64,000 bases of DNA from Thermodesulfobacteriota bacterium (GCA_030017685.1 JASEHH010000007.1:1824-65823), one strand, 5' to 3'. Shown: positions 36,222 through 47,358, counted from the first letter of the stretch. The notes: generated by a model not told the origin, from the letters alone. Numbers and translations: made by a program.

Positions 36222-38618
36222 ATGAAGATTAGGACCAGACTACAAATTATCGCAATCTTTTCTTTAGCAATAGCCCTTGTAATCGGCTTAGTTCTCTTTC
36301 TGACAGCTCAGAGGGTGAATAAAGAAATTAGTGGGCTAAAAATAGCAGATGAGATAGCAAAAGGGGTATTTGAGCTGAATATCATAACTTATGAATATTT
36401 ATTACACCATGAAGAGCGGATGCAGACACAGTGGCAGTTAAGGCATGACTCTCTAACGAAGTTGCTAACAGGGGAAGAATTCAAAAGTCCCGAAAGGCGA
36501 CTTATTTTAGACAGGATGCATCAGAATCTTGAGAGCCTTAAAGCTCTTTTTTCCCAACTGGTCGAAAATTACAAAAGGCGTGGGAGAAAAGAATCTGCTC
36601 TGTCACGGGAATTAGAAGAGAGATTGGCGGGCCAGTTATTGGTGAAGTCTCAAGCTATGGTTTCTGATGCCTCGCAGTTGGCCGAGGCAAGTCGGGCAGA
36701 GGTAGCAATTGCTCAACAAAGGTCCAGTCTGCTTGTTATGGTGTTTGTTGCAATCATGGCAGCAATTATTGCAGCGGTTTCATTTATGTTTGGCAGAAGT
36801 GTTGTAAAGCCGATCAGGAAGCTCCACGAGGGAACCGAAATCATCGGCGCTGGCAATCTGGATTACAGGGTGGGCACAACCGCAAAGGATGAGATCGGCC
36901 AGCTTTCCAGGGCATTTGATGAGATGATCGGAAAGCGCAAGCGTGCAGAGGAAGAAGTTCGACTCCTCCAAACCATCACATTTGCGATCAGCGAAACCGG
37001 AGATGTTCATTCCGCATTGAAGATTGTGCTCCAGAAGGTGTGTGAAGCTACAGGGTGGATCATGGGGGAGGCATGGGTTCCCAATTCTGATGGGACAAAC
37101 CTCGAATGCAGTCCAGCGTGGTATAGCAGGGTGGAAGGTCTGGAGAAATTTAGAAAGGAATCAGAGAAGTTTACATTCCCTCTCGGGATCGGACTTCCTG
37201 GCAGGGCCTGGTCTTCTAAGAAACCCGTATGGGTGGGAAATGTTACTCTGGATTCGAATTTTCCGAGAGCGGAGATTGCGAAAGGAGTTGGTCTCAAAAC
37301 AGCGATGGCCATTCCTGTTCTCATCGGCGACGAGATTGTTGCAGTGATGGATTTTTTTGTTTTCGAAGCCCGGAAAGAGGATGAACGACTCCTTGAAATC
37401 ATTTCATCGGTTGCCAGTCAATTGGGGTCCCTCATTCAGAGAAAGCGAGCGGAACAAGAGGTAAGAGTCCTGGAAGAACAACTTCGGCAGTCTCAGAAGA
37501 TGGAGGCCATTGGTCGTTTGGCGGGCGGCATTGCCCATGACTTCAATAATCTCCTGACCATTATAAAGGGTTATAGCCAGCTCTCCTTCGGTGAACTCAA
37601 AGAGGGCGATCCCCTGAGAGAAAACATCGAAGAGATCAGAAAAGCGGCGGATCGGGCCGCAGACCTGACCCGGCAACTGCTTGCCTTCAGTCGCCGCCAG
37701 GTGATGGAGGTGCAAGTTCTTGATCTGAACACCGTCTTAAAGAACCTGGATAAGATGCTCCGTCGGATGATCGGTGAAGACATCGAACTGACGACTTTAT
37801 TATTTGAGGATTTGGGAAGAGTCAAAGCCGATCCCGGACAGATTGAGCAGGTGATCATGAACCTTATAGTCAATGCAAGGGATGCGATGCCCCGGGGAGG
37901 AAAACTCACCATTGAGACGGCCAATGTGGAATTGGATAAGGAGTATGCCCGTACTCATGTCGCAGTGACTCCGGGTCCACATGTGATGCTTGCGGTAAGT
38001 GATACAGGGGTGGGAATGACTCCAGAAATCAAGGCAAAGATCTTTGAACCATTCTTTACGACCAAAGAGAAGGGAAGGGGGACAGGGTTGGGTCTTTCGA
38101 CCGTCTATGGGATTGTGAAACAGAGTGGGGGAAATATCTGGGTTTACAGTGAGCCTGGAAGAGGAACAACATTTAAGATTTATCTGCCGAGAGTGGATGA
38201 GCTTGCTGAGGAATTAAGAGTGAAGGTTGAGGGACCAGAACTTCCCAGAGGTAGTGAGACCATTCTCATCGTTGAGGATGATGAAAAGGTCCGGAAACTG
38301 GCTCTAAAGATATTGGAGAAGCAAGGATATGAGGTATTGGAGGCGGGAGGCGGAAATGAGGCTCTTGAGATTTGTAGGGGTTTGGAAAAGCCTATTCATG
38401 TTGTCCTCGCCGATGTGGTAATGCCCGGCATGGATGGTCGCCAGTTTGCGGAGAAACTGAGGGAAGTTTGTCAGGGGTTTAAGGTCCTTTATATGTCGGG
38501 CTATACGGATAATACCATTGCCCACCACGGGATTCTTGATGAGGGGTTGGATTTTATTCAGAAGCCTTTGTCCGTGGATGGACTGGTGAGAAAAGTCAGA
38601 GAGGTGTTGGATAAATAA
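36222..38618 (+). CDS. hybrid sensor kinase (TM-HAMP-GAF-HisKA-HATPase-REC)
   Basis: [41 protein letters not shown], receiver domain. Confidence 0.95.
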   Translation: MKIRTRLQIIAIFSLAIALVIGLVLFLTAQRVNKEISGLKIADEIAKGVFELNIITYEYLLHHEERMQTQWQLRHDSLTKLLTGEEFKSPERRLILDRMHQNLESLKALFSQLVENYKRRGRKESALSRELEERLAGQLLVKSQAMVSDASQLAEASRAEVAIAQQRSSLLVMVFVAIMAAIIAAVSFMFGRSVVKPIRKLHEGTEIIGAGNLDYRVGTTAKDEIGQLSRAFDEMIGKRKRAEEEVRLLQTITFAISETGDVHSALKIVLQKVCEATGWIMGEAWVPNSDGTNLECSPAWYSRVEGLEKFRKESEKFTFPLGIGLPGRAWSSKKPVWVGNVTLDSNFPRAEIAKGVGLKTAMAIPVLIGDEIVAVMDFFVFEARKEDERLLEIISSVASQLGSLIQRKRAEQEVRVLEEQLRQSQKMEAIGRLAGGIAHDFNNLLTIIKGYSQLSFGELKEGDPLRENIEEIRKAADRAADLTRQLLAFSRRQVMEVQVLDLNTVLKNLDKMLRRMIGEDIELTTLLFEDLGRVKADPGQIEQVIMNLIVNARDAMPRGGKLTIETANVELDKEYARTHVAVTPGPHVMLAVSDTGVGMTPEIKAKIFEPFFTTKEKGRGTGLGLSTVYGIVKQSGGNIWVYSEPGRGTTFKIYLPRVDELAEELRVKVEGPELPRGSETILIVEDDEKVRKLALKILEKQGYEVLEAGGGNEALEICRGLEKPIHVVLADVVMPGMDGRQFAEKLREVCQGFKVLYMSGYTDNTIAHHGILDEGLDFIQKPLSVDGLVRKVREVLDK

Positions 38619-38737
38619 TTCTTGAGGGTTTCAACCTAAGCTTTTTTATCATCAGATCAACCTCGATCAACGAGCCCCTATTTGAATTATGGTTTTTCAC
38701 GGTTAGGTTTAGATATTTTTAGCCACGGACATCCGAA

Positions 38738-39097
38738 TCATTTTTTAGAATTTAAAATTTCCTCCACCAAAATCTTCATACTCGAGAGATCTAAGGGTTT
38801 TGCCAGAAAGGCATCGGCTCCTGCTTCTCTGAAAAAAGGTTCTCCCACCCCGGACCCAGAAATTATCAAAATCGATAAGGAAGGGTCGTACCCCTTTAGG
38901 CGTCTTATTAATTCAATTCCATCCATTTTGGGCATCATATAATCTGTTACCACCAGATCGTATCCCTTTTCCTTCACCTTTTTCATCGCCGTCTCACCAT
39001 CTTCAACGGTATCCACCTCATATCCATTTAAAAGAAAATATTTCGATAAAAGATTTCTTATCTCTTTATGATCCCCGACGACCAAAATTCTTTTCAT
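38738..39097 (-). CDS. single-domain response regulator receiver
   Basis: TDYMMPKMDG, GADAFLAKP; first acidic pair altered (VVGDH). Confidence 0.85.
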   Translation of the reverse strand: MKRILVVGDHKEIRNLLSKYFLLNGYEVDTVEDGETAMKKVKEKGYDLVVTDYMMPKMDGIELIRRLKGYDPSLSILIISGSGVGEPFFREAGADAFLAKPLDLSSMKILVEEILNSKK

Positions 39098-39238
39098 CAC
39101 GTTAACTCCATTTAACAGATATCTTAAAATTACAACCAATAATTGTAATTGTCAAGAACAAAATACAACCATAGGTTTATGGACATTCTCCTCATGTCCA
39201 CTATAAATGGTGAATGAAATCGTTTAGGGTGATATATT

Positions 39239-39667
39239 ATGATAAAAACTCATAAGGAAATAGGCAGCGAGATCAAGAGAATACGAAAAGCCTTGGGGAT
39301 GTCTCAGATGAAGTTGGCTGAAGGGGTAGGGGTTTCCTTTCAGCAGATCCAGAAATATGAAAAGGGTGTAAATAAAATTTCCATGGAGATGATCCAGCAT
39401 ATAGCGAGGGCTTTGGGTATTTCAGTAAACACATTTTTTGAGAAAGAAAAGGCGCCCGTCATATCAGAACCTCCCATGAAATATTACTCTAAAAAGAAGA
39501 ATTTAATAGATGAGATTTCTTTACCATTAAATCAAGAGGAAATCACGCTGCTCCAACTTTTTCGAAAGATTGAAAACAAGAAAATCAGGGAAGGGCTGAT
39601 CAAGCAATTGAGTGGGATCGTAGAATTAGAAAGGGAAAAAAGCGTATCAAATCATTTAACCAGGTAA
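39239..39667 (+). CDS. XRE family HTH transcriptional regulator
   Basis: GMSQMKLAEGVGVSFQQIQKYEKGVN. Confidence 0.92.
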   Translation: MIKTHKEIGSEIKRIRKALGMSQMKLAEGVGVSFQQIQKYEKGVNKISMEMIQHIARALGISVNTFFEKEKAPVISEPPMKYYSKKKNLIDEISLPLNQEEITLLQLFRKIENKKIREGLIKQLSGIVELEREKSVSNHLTR

Positions 39668-39723
39668 CCCAAATTGTCTCTGTTGAATCGTCAAAAATGT
39701 AACCGCAGAGGGTAACAGTCTTT

Positions 39724-39749
39724 TATAGGGGTTAACTATAGGGGTTAAC
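39724..39749. repeat. 13-bp tandem duplication
   Basis: TATAGGGGTTAAC x2. Confidence 0.85.
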
Positions 39750-39764
39750 CCTTTCCGTTCTTTT

Positions 39765-39893
39765 ACCCCGTTAGAAATAATGCCCCGCTGCTCCCTCCGG
39801 GCCAGAGGCCCTCTGGGCCGGCGGCTGTAGTGGGGTTACATTTCAGATTAATTCCGGTGGGGTTTAATGTCCCGCTGGAATTTCTAACGGGGT
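39765..39893. mobile_element. MITE-like element, ACCCCGTTAGAAA family
   Basis: Perfect 14-bp TIR ACCCCGTTAGAAAT / ATTTCTAACGGGGT; subterminal sequence shared with 837-909. Confidence 0.8.
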
Positions 39894-39899
39894 TTACTC

Positions 39900-40120
39900 T
39901 TCTTTTCGTATACCTCCTCCCACCTACCGCTCTTCTAAGGCCTCAGGAGCCTGTCAATCGTTGCCGAACCTATATCAAACAACTTCTTTGCAAGAGCATC
40001 CGATATCCTCAGCTCACCCATACCTCTTAAACCCTCTCTAACTCCGCCTCAATGATTGGCCTCAGTCTCTGCTCGCAGGAATGGCCAAAGACTTTCCACA
40101 GATTGAATGCATATCCACCC
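39900..40120 (-). pseudogene. transposase remnant (ISNCY-like)
   Basis: Frameshifted LWKVFGHSCEQRLRPII...ELRISDALAKKLFDIGSATIDRLLRP*; ATIDRLL motif. Confidence 0.65.
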
Positions 40121-40341
40121 TCCACCTGTCCATGTAAACCAACTTCCATCGAAAGGATTTGGATTACATTTTAGATGATTTAATGCGGTTTGTTGACAAA
40201 TTATTTGAATTCCATTATTATTGGTCAAAATAATTTGGGTTAAAAATGGTTTAAGTTTTTTTTACTGTAGAGTGAAAGCTACAAACTATGCAGAACTACC
40301 CGATTTTTAAAGATTATCATAACTGTATCTAAAAGAGAAAC

Positions 40342-40569
40342 GTGTACCGCAACTTTGAAGAAATCTTGACAAAGGCAAAAGAACGAGGCCCTTGTAGGGT
40401 TTCCATCCTCTTCCCTGATGACCCGGATATTATGCGGGTGGCAGTAGACGGAATGAGGGAGGGACTGATTGAGCCTGTTTTGGTGGGCCATTATAAGCGG
40501 ATCAAGGCAATAGCCCAGGAGGCAAATTTACCCCTAAAAAATAGGTGCTTCCTGTTTTTGAATGGGTGA
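40342..40569 (+). pseudogene. truncated duplicate of the phosphate acyltransferase at 49630
   Basis: First about 65 codons and upstream region nearly identical to 49530-49825, then diverges. Confidence 0.9.
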
Positions 40570-40795
40570 CCCCTATTATATAATAGTGGTTGAAGTTAGG
40601 CGGCTGCTCTGACGGGCTATGTGGGAGCCCATTTTCGCAGCCAAAATCTGAAAAGGATAAAGAATTCGTAAATGTTATTTTGCCGTCTTAACTGTCTCCA
40701 CCAGTTTGGACCATTTGGAAATTTGGTATCGTAATTTATTTCGTATCTTGTATTTTGTGCTTCTGATTTATTCTTGTCCGGGTTAGGAGGGAAAA

Positions 40796-41656
40796 ATGGA
40801 GATGAAAAGAGTGTGTGTCGTGGGTATGGGAACCATGGGGAGTCAAATCGGTATTGTCTGCGCCAGGGCTGGATTTCAGACCTTCATGGTAGATATCTTA
40901 GAGGAGCAGGTAGGAAAAGGACTACAAAGTATAGAGTCCTTTTTAAAAACCCAAGAGAAAAAGGGGAAAGTGGATAGGGAGGCAATTGATAGGATCTCAT
41001 CTTTTATTAAGACCGGCATAGATATGGGAGAGGCCCTCTCTGATGCTGACCTTGTAATTGAGGCAGTATACGAGGACATAAAAGTGAAAAAGGAGGTTTT
41101 TAAAAAAATGGATGAGGTGAGCCCGAGCCGAACAATTTTTGCCAGTAATACCTCGACCCTTTGGATTGCCGAACTGGGTGCGGTGACAGATCGTCCAGAA
41201 AAGTGCATCGGTACTCACTTTTTGATCCCTGCAGCACTCACGCCCCTTGTAGAAGTTGTCCGGAGCATTGAAACCTCAGACGAAACCCACGAGACAGTGT
41301 TAGAGTTTCTTCGAAAGTGTGGAAAGGAGACTGTAACAGTTGCAGACTCCCCTGGTTTTGTCATCAATAGACTCTACCTGCCAATGGTGAACGAGGCATT
41401 TTTTGCGCTTGAAACAGGTCTTGCCAGTGCCGAAGAGATTGACAGGAGCTGCACGAGAGGTCTCGCGTTTCCGCTAGGTCCCTTGGCGGCTGCAGATGCC
41501 TTTGGCTTAGATATACTGCTTGCCTCCATGGAGACTTTCCATAGGGAACTGGGGGAGAAATATCGGCCTGCTCCCCTGCTTGTAAAACTGGTCAAGGCCG
41601 GTCGTCTGGGAAGGAAGACAGGACGAGGCGTTTATAACTACAGTAAACCCCATTAG
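40796..41656 (+). CDS. 3-hydroxyacyl-CoA dehydrogenase
   Basis: GMGTMG, EAVYE, SNTS, HF, PGFVINR, GRKTGRG motifs. Confidence 0.95.
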   Translation: MEMKRVCVVGMGTMGSQIGIVCARAGFQTFMVDILEEQVGKGLQSIESFLKTQEKKGKVDREAIDRISSFIKTGIDMGEALSDADLVIEAVYEDIKVKKEVFKKMDEVSPSRTIFASNTSTLWIAELGAVTDRPEKCIGTHFLIPAALTPLVEVVRSIETSDETHETVLEFLRKCGKETVTVADSPGFVINRLYLPMVNEAFFALETGLASAEEIDRSCTRGLAFPLGPLAAADAFGLDILLASMETFHRELGEKYRPAPLLVKLVKAGRLGRKTGRGVYNYSKPH

Positions 41657-41803
41657 AAAGTCTTCGACTTTCCAACGGGGAGGCTCATTCACCCCTTTAG
41701 AGAAAGTCTCTAACGGGGCAAGCGGGGTATTAAACCCCTTGTTCGGTCTAAAAGGAATTATACCTTTATCCCCGCTGCAAGTAATGGGGCTTTCTAACGG
41801 GGT
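41647..41803. mobile_element. MITE-like element, ACCCCGTTAGAAA family, with internal mini-copies
   Basis: ACCCCATTAGAAAG ... CTTTCTAACGGGGT; opposite orientation to 39765; supplies the TAG stop of the upstream gene. Confidence 0.7.
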
Positions 41804-41830
41804 AAATAGGGTAGTGGAGGAAGATTTAAA

Positions 41831-42979
41831 ATGTCTCATTTCAATGAAGAACAGAGGATGATTCAGGAGATGGTCAGCAGATTGATGCGAGATAAAATAG
41901 TTCCTTTAGCCAAAGAGGCTGACCTCTCCGGCCATTCATCACCTGAGATTGTAAGACTTCTAAGCAAAAATGGGCTGTTGAAGATGGCCCTGCCTGAGCA
42001 GTACGGAGGGATCGGCGCTAACTACACCACCATTGCCTTAGTGGTAGAAGAGATGGCACGGGTAGATGCCTCAACAGCCATGATCTTTTTTGTGACCCAA
42101 TCACTCACTCAGATCCTGAAACAGTGGGGGAGTGAAGAGCAGAAGGGGCGTTTCTTTGGGGAGATGTCTGTTGGTGACAAGATAAACGCCTTTTCTCTCA
42201 CTGAACCTAATTATGGGTCTGAATCCGCCTCCATTCAAACAAGGGCCATCCTGGATGGAGATCATTTCATAATCAATGGCACTAAGATCTTTGTCACCAA
42301 TGCCGACATAGCCGATTTTATACTGGTTTTTGTACGAACAGGAGGGGGAGAAAGGCAAAAGGGACTTTCGGCGCTGGTCGTGGAGAAAGATACCCCTGGC
42401 CTTTCATTAGGAAAGCATGAGGATAAGCTGGGGCTGAGAGGGTCAGATTTATCAGAATTGATTTTTGAAAATGCGGAGGTACCAAGAGAGAATCTATTGG
42501 GGAAACTGGATCAGGGGTTTGATATCCTCACGAGTGGTGGGGCGGACATGAGGGCTTACGGACCGGGGGCCATGGCGGTAGGTCTGGCTCAAGGTGCTCT
42601 GGACTATGCCGTCTCTTACGCCAGACAGAGGGTCCAGTTCGGGGGGCCTATCGCCAATCTCCAGGCTATCCGGTTCATGCTGGCCGATATGTCCATACAG
42701 GTTGAAGCGGCTCGAGCCCTCCTTTATAGGACTACAGTACTCCTGGACTCAAGTTCTGAAGACAAAAGGATGCGGGACCGCTTCGTTTCAGCGACAAAGT
42801 GCTTTGCCTCAGATACTGCCATGAGAGTGACCACCGATGCAGTGCAGATCCTTGGTGGATACGGGGTCATGAAGGACTATCCTGTTGAAAGGATGATGCG
42901 GGACGCCAAGATGATCCAGATCTTTGATGGCACCAATCAGATACAGCGGGTTATTGTAGCCAGGAGTTTATTGTCATGA
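41831..42979 (+). CDS. acyl-CoA dehydrogenase
   Basis: LTEPNYGS, NGTKIFVTN, RVQFG, GGYG...RDAK..QIFDGTNQIQR motifs. Confidence 0.95.
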   Translation: MSHFNEEQRMIQEMVSRLMRDKIVPLAKEADLSGHSSPEIVRLLSKNGLLKMALPEQYGGIGANYTTIALVVEEMARVDASTAMIFFVTQSLTQILKQWGSEEQKGRFFGEMSVGDKINAFSLTEPNYGSESASIQTRAILDGDHFIINGTKIFVTNADIADFILVFVRTGGGERQKGLSALVVEKDTPGLSLGKHEDKLGLRGSDLSELIFENAEVPRENLLGKLDQGFDILTSGGADMRAYGPGAMAVGLAQGALDYAVSYARQRVQFGGPIANLQAIRFMLADMSIQVEAARALLYRTTVLLDSSSEDKRMRDRFVSATKCFASDTAMRVTTDAVQILGGYGVMKDYPVERMMRDAKMIQIFDGTNQIQRVIVARSLLS

Positions 42980-43013
42980 AAAATGGAAATCAATTAATTA
43001 GCAGGGAGGAAAA

Positions 43014-43874
43014 ATGAAAGCAATTGATGTTCATGTCCATCCGAGTACAGCTCTTTTCTCCTATGAGCGAAGGTGGGGGAAAGAAGTGGCTGAGTTTATG
43101 CCCAGGTATTACCGAATGGAAGAGAGGATCAGGACCGATGAAGAGATGGCCGAAGAATTCAGGGATCTGGATCTAAAGGCCCTTTTAGTTGGATGGGATG
43201 CCCAGGCAGAGAGTGGTCATGAAACTTCGGCTTTAAATGATGAAGTGGCCCGGCTCATCAAAAAATTCCCGGATGTTTTCATCGGGGGATGGGCCATGAT
43301 CGATCCATGGAAAGGGAAATGGGCGGTTAAGGAATTGGAAAGGTGCATTAAAAAACTGGGACTCACGGGTTTAAAATTCCAGCCTTCCGCTCAAGGATTT
43401 TTCCCAAATGATCGAAAATTCTACCCCCTCTATGAAAAGTGTCTCGAATTAAATGTTCCAGTTAGCTTTCATACAGGGACAACTGGCCTCGGAGCCGGGA
43501 TGCCGGGAGGATATGGTTACCGATTAAAATATGTCAGACCCCTTTATATCGACGATGTGGCGGCTGACTTTCCTGACTTGACCATCATCATGATCCATCC
43601 TGCCTGGCCGTGGATTGATGAACAAATCGCCATTTTGCTTCACAAGGCCAATGTCTATTGCGACCTTTCTGGTTGGGCACCCAAATATTTTCCAGAAAAT
43701 CTCAAAAGGGAGATCAATGGCAGGCTTCAGGATAAATTTATGTATGCCTCTGATTATCCGGAAATCCCTCCCAGACGCTGGCTTGAGGAGTTTAAGGCAG
43801 GGGGCTACAGAGATGAGGTGATGGAGAAAGTTTTATATAAAAATGCCCAGAGGATATTGAAATTGAAGATATGA
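43014..43874 (+). CDS. amidohydrolase-2 family protein (beta-ketoacyl-CoA hydrolase-like)
   Basis: IDVHVH, FHTGTTG, HPAWPW, DLSGWAPKY, SDYP motifs. Confidence 0.85.
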   Translation: MKAIDVHVHPSTALFSYERRWGKEVAEFMPRYYRMEERIRTDEEMAEEFRDLDLKALLVGWDAQAESGHETSALNDEVARLIKKFPDVFIGGWAMIDPWKGKWAVKELERCIKKLGLTGLKFQPSAQGFFPNDRKFYPLYEKCLELNVPVSFHTGTTGLGAGMPGGYGYRLKYVRPLYIDDVAADFPDLTIIMIHPAWPWIDEQIAILLHKANVYCDLSGWAPKYFPENLKREINGRLQDKFMYASDYPEIPPRRWLEEFKAGGYRDEVMEKVLYKNAQRILKLKI

Positions 43875-43964
43875 ATCGTTAAGTCGATAGTTATTTAACT
43901 GCAAATCTTAAAAATATGAATAAGGGTGGTTAGTGAATTCTAGACCCTGTTCTTGGAGAATGAG

Positions 43965-44840
43965 ATGAAGATTGGCAATATATTGATTATTGGAGCAGGT
44001 CTAATGGGGAGCGGCATTGCTCAGGTCTGTGCTCAGGCCGGAATCCAGGTCTTCATGAACGATGTCAGTCAGGAGATTCTCAACCATGCCTTGAAGGGTA
44101 TCCGCTGGTCAGTGGGGAAATTGATTGAGAAAGGGAAATTGAAAGAAGATCTGGAGAAGATCATGGCACGGATTTCCCCGGTAACCGATTTTAACCAGAC
44201 CTCTCAAGTGGACCTGGCCATTGAAGCGGTCTTTGAAAAGCTCGAACTGAAACAGGAGATCTTCAAAAAGCTGGATCAATTCGGTCGGCCAGAAACCCTC
44301 TTTGCCAGCAACACCTCTGCCATTCCCACTACAGAAATTGCAGCGGTAACCCAGCGGCCAGAGAGGGTCCTCGGTCTCCATTTCTTCAACCCTGTCCCCA
44401 TGATGGAAGTGGTCGAAGTCGTCAAGGGGATGAAGACTTCCGAAGAGACGATGCGGGCAGGAGTAGAGTTTGTCAGGAGTATCGGTAAGGAGCCCATCCG
44501 GGTCGAAAGCGATGTGCCAGGTTTTTTGCTCAATCGGATCAATCTCGTAGGCTATATTGAGGCCATTCGTCTGTTAGAACAGGGAATAGGGACTGTGGAG
44601 GATATTGACAAAGGGGTTCGGCTCGCTTTTGGTAGGAGAATGGGGCCTTTTGAGACAGGAGACTTGGTGGGATTGGATGTGTCTTATGGGGCGTTGACAG
44701 CCATCTATGAAGAAAGTAAGGATGCGCGATATTACCCCCCACAACTTTTAAGGCGCAAGGCCAAGGCTGGAGAGCTTGGTCGTAAGACCGGTCGAGGCTG
44801 GTATGAGTATAACCGGAATGGAAGCAAGAAGGAGAAGTAG
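43965..44840 (+). CDS. 3-hydroxybutyryl-CoA dehydrogenase
   Basis: GAGLMGSGIA, SNTS, HFFNP, MGPF, GRKTGRG motifs. Confidence 0.95.
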   Translation: MKIGNILIIGAGLMGSGIAQVCAQAGIQVFMNDVSQEILNHALKGIRWSVGKLIEKGKLKEDLEKIMARISPVTDFNQTSQVDLAIEAVFEKLELKQEIFKKLDQFGRPETLFASNTSAIPTTEIAAVTQRPERVLGLHFFNPVPMMEVVEVVKGMKTSEETMRAGVEFVRSIGKEPIRVESDVPGFLLNRINLVGYIEAIRLLEQGIGTVEDIDKGVRLAFGRRMGPFETGDLVGLDVSYGALTAIYEESKDARYYPPQLLRRKAKAGELGRKTGRGWYEYNRNGSKKEK

Positions 44841-45799
44841 ATGGAGCAGAAACTTGCATATTATGAGATTAGGGATCAAATCGCTATTGTCACCATCGAT
44901 CATCCTCCCATGAATGCCTTGGATGCGGCCACGAAAGAGGCCATTGTCGATGTATTCAAGGAGCTTGATGACCGGAGACAAGAAATCAGAGCAGTCATAT
45001 TACACGGGGCAGGAGAGAAAGCGTTTGCCGCGGGGGCTGATATCAAGACATTTTTGGAATTAAAACCCGGCACGGCCAAGAGACGTATTTCCCGTACTCA
45101 TCAAATTTATTCCATGGTCAGAGCCGTCCAAATTAGCTCGAATTCTTATGACTACCCCTTGAAATTATTACCTTTTTGGACAAGTTTTGGCTGTTTTGAA
45201 AATCAGGTTTCCTTTTTCTTTTTTTATGTATCCATTATGCTGTCCAAAATAGGCCGTTTTTAAAAACCTAATTTGGACAAGAGTGTTCCATGGTAGAAAA
45301 TTTTGAGTGGCCTGTGATCGCTGCGATCCATGGTTTTTGTTTAGGTGGGGGTCTGGAACTGGCACTCTGTTGCGATATCCGTTACGTGGAAGAGACTGCC
45401 AAATTAGGTTTTCCTGAAGTCAATCTATCCGTTTTTCCGGGAAACGGAGGGATATGGCGCTCTATGTATCATATCCCTCTGGGGAAATTGAAGGAATTGG
45501 TTTACAGCGGCGAGATGATCGATGCGATGGAGGCATTCAGGCTCGGTTTGGTGGAAAAGGTTGTTCCACCGGGGCAGGTGATGGTCGCTGCCATGGAGCG
45601 TGCCGCCAAGATTATGGAGAAAGGTCCTTTGGCCGTGGCAGCGGCTAAGAAAGTGATCAATCGGGGCAGAGACCTCTCACTTCAACATGGACTGGAACTT
45701 GAGTCTGAACTCTGGGCCAATCTAACAGCCACAGAAGATATGAAAGAGGGCGCCCGGGCCTTTATCGAGAAGAGAAAACCAGAATATAGAAATCGATAA
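44841..45799 (+). pseudogene. enoyl-CoA hydratase interrupted by a MITE
   Basis: Two halves (AFAAGADI; CLGGGLELA..PEV) rejoin in frame to 260 aa when 176 bp are removed. Confidence 0.92.
45119..45285. mobile_element. 167-bp MITE with 9-bp target duplication (IS4-like ends)
   Basis: TTCCATGGT at 45110-45118 and 45286-45294; TIRs CA..GTCCAAATTAG / CTAATTTGGAC..TG. Confidence 0.92.
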
Positions 45800-45810
45800 G
45801 GAGAAAGGCA

Positions 45811-47055
45811 TTGAAAGAGGCAGTCATTATTAGTGCAATCCGTACCCCTGTAGGGAGTTACATGGGAGCTTTTAAAGAAGTCCCGGCCTATGATCTGGCA
45901 GCTCTCGTTTTGAATGAAGCTGTGAAGAAAGCAAGAGTGAATTCAGCTGATGTGGATGAGGTCATTTTAGGCCAGTCCTATCAGAATGGTGAGTATGTCA
46001 ATATTGCCCGCATGGCACTATTGAAGGCTGGGTGGCCCGATTCCATTCCTGGTGTGGTCATGGATCGACGCTGTTGCACCGGACTGGATGTTGTCTGTTT
46101 TGCTGCGATGAAGATCCAATCCGGAAATGCGGATATTGTTGTGGCCGGGGGTGTTGAGAGCATGAGCACGGCTGAATTTTATGTCCCCGGAGATATCAAA
46201 TGGGGGATCGGAGGTAAAAGGGGGATGCCGAGAGGACACGGAGACCTCTCTCTCTGGGGCATACCCTTTTACGATCGAATTCAGAGAGCCCGGGTCATGT
46301 CCCAGCCTGAAGAGCGGTATGGGGTTCTCCCTTCCATGATGTCCTGGGCAGAGACGGCTGCAAAGGAGGAGGGGATCTCACGAGAAGAGTGTGACCAATG
46401 GTCTCTGGCGAGCCACCAAAAAGCCTGCGCAGCCATTAAGGCTGGCAAATTCAAAGAAGAGATTGTTCCCGTTCCAGTTTCCCGGGGCAAAGGGGATGTT
46501 GTGATCGTGGATCAAGATGAAGGCCCCAGGCCAGATACTTCATTGGAAAAACTATCTCAGCTTAAACCTGTGTTAGGAGGGGTCTGCACGGCGGGGAATT
46601 CATCATCCGAAAACGATGGAGCGGCTGCAGTGGTTGTGACATCGAAGGAGAAGGCAAAAGAACTCGGCCTTGAGCCACTCGGCAAGTTGAGATCCTTTGC
46701 TGTGGTCGGGGACGATCCCAGGCGGACATATAAAACCATACCGAAGGCAGTCATCAAAGCGCTTCAAAAGGCTAATCTTACCCCTGATCAGATGGACCTC
46801 ATTGAGATTCAGGAGACATTTGCCGCACAGGTGCTGGCTGATTTAAAGGAAATGGGTATGACAAAAAAGGATTATCCTAAGATAAATGTAAATGGTTCAG
46901 GCATCTCCTTAGGCCATCCCATTGCCTGTACAGGGACCAGGGTATTGGTCACCTTGCTGAATGAGATGAAGAGAAGAGACATTAGATTTGGCTTAGAATG
47001 TATCTGTGGCGGAGGCGGACTGGGTATAGCAGCGATCTTTGAAAGAAGTCAATGA
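45811..47055 (+). CDS. thiolase family protein
   Basis: DRRCCTGL, GHPIACTG, CGGGGLG; QETF replaces NEAF. Confidence 0.93.
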   Translation: MKEAVIISAIRTPVGSYMGAFKEVPAYDLAALVLNEAVKKARVNSADVDEVILGQSYQNGEYVNIARMALLKAGWPDSIPGVVMDRRCCTGLDVVCFAAMKIQSGNADIVVAGGVESMSTAEFYVPGDIKWGIGGKRGMPRGHGDLSLWGIPFYDRIQRARVMSQPEERYGVLPSMMSWAETAAKEEGISREECDQWSLASHQKACAAIKAGKFKEEIVPVPVSRGKGDVVIVDQDEGPRPDTSLEKLSQLKPVLGGVCTAGNSSSENDGAAAVVVTSKEKAKELGLEPLGKLRSFAVVGDDPRRTYKTIPKAVIKALQKANLTPDQMDLIEIQETFAAQVLADLKEMGMTKKDYPKINVNGSGISLGHPIACTGTRVLVTLLNEMKRRDIRFGLECICGGGGLGIAAIFERSQ

Positions 47056-47124
47056 TAGAAATTTAAGATCGAATCGATCAAGAAAAGCCCTGGTCGATTG
47101 ATCAGCAGGAAAAGTGAGTGGATT

Positions 47125-47358
47125 ATGTTCTTCGAACTGAATGATGAGCAGAAGGAGTTTCAAAGAAAGGTTCGGGAAATTTACGAGAGAGAAGTAGGCC
47201 CTCTGGTCGAGGAGTACGGGAAAAAGGAGGCCTTCCCGATTCAACTCTTCCGAATACTGGGGGAAGAAAGACTTCTGTGTCTCCGGTGTCCCGAGAAATA
47301 TGGCGGGCCTGGTTTGGAAAAGATTTCTGAATGTATCTCGAGGGAGTTGGGGCTTTAG
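47125..47358 (+). pseudogene. acyl-CoA dehydrogenase N-terminal fragment
   Basis: MFFELNDEQKEF...PEKYGGPGL then an early stop. Confidence 0.82.

Noticed and set aside
39830..40030. 66-aa plus-strand ORF
   Set aside because: Composed of MITE sequence and the antisense of a transposase remnant
47356..47358. TAG read-through (pyrrolysine) joining two acyl-CoA dehydrogenase pieces
   Set aside because: The next ORF is in a different frame and starts with its own N-terminal domain, so these are two separate truncated genes
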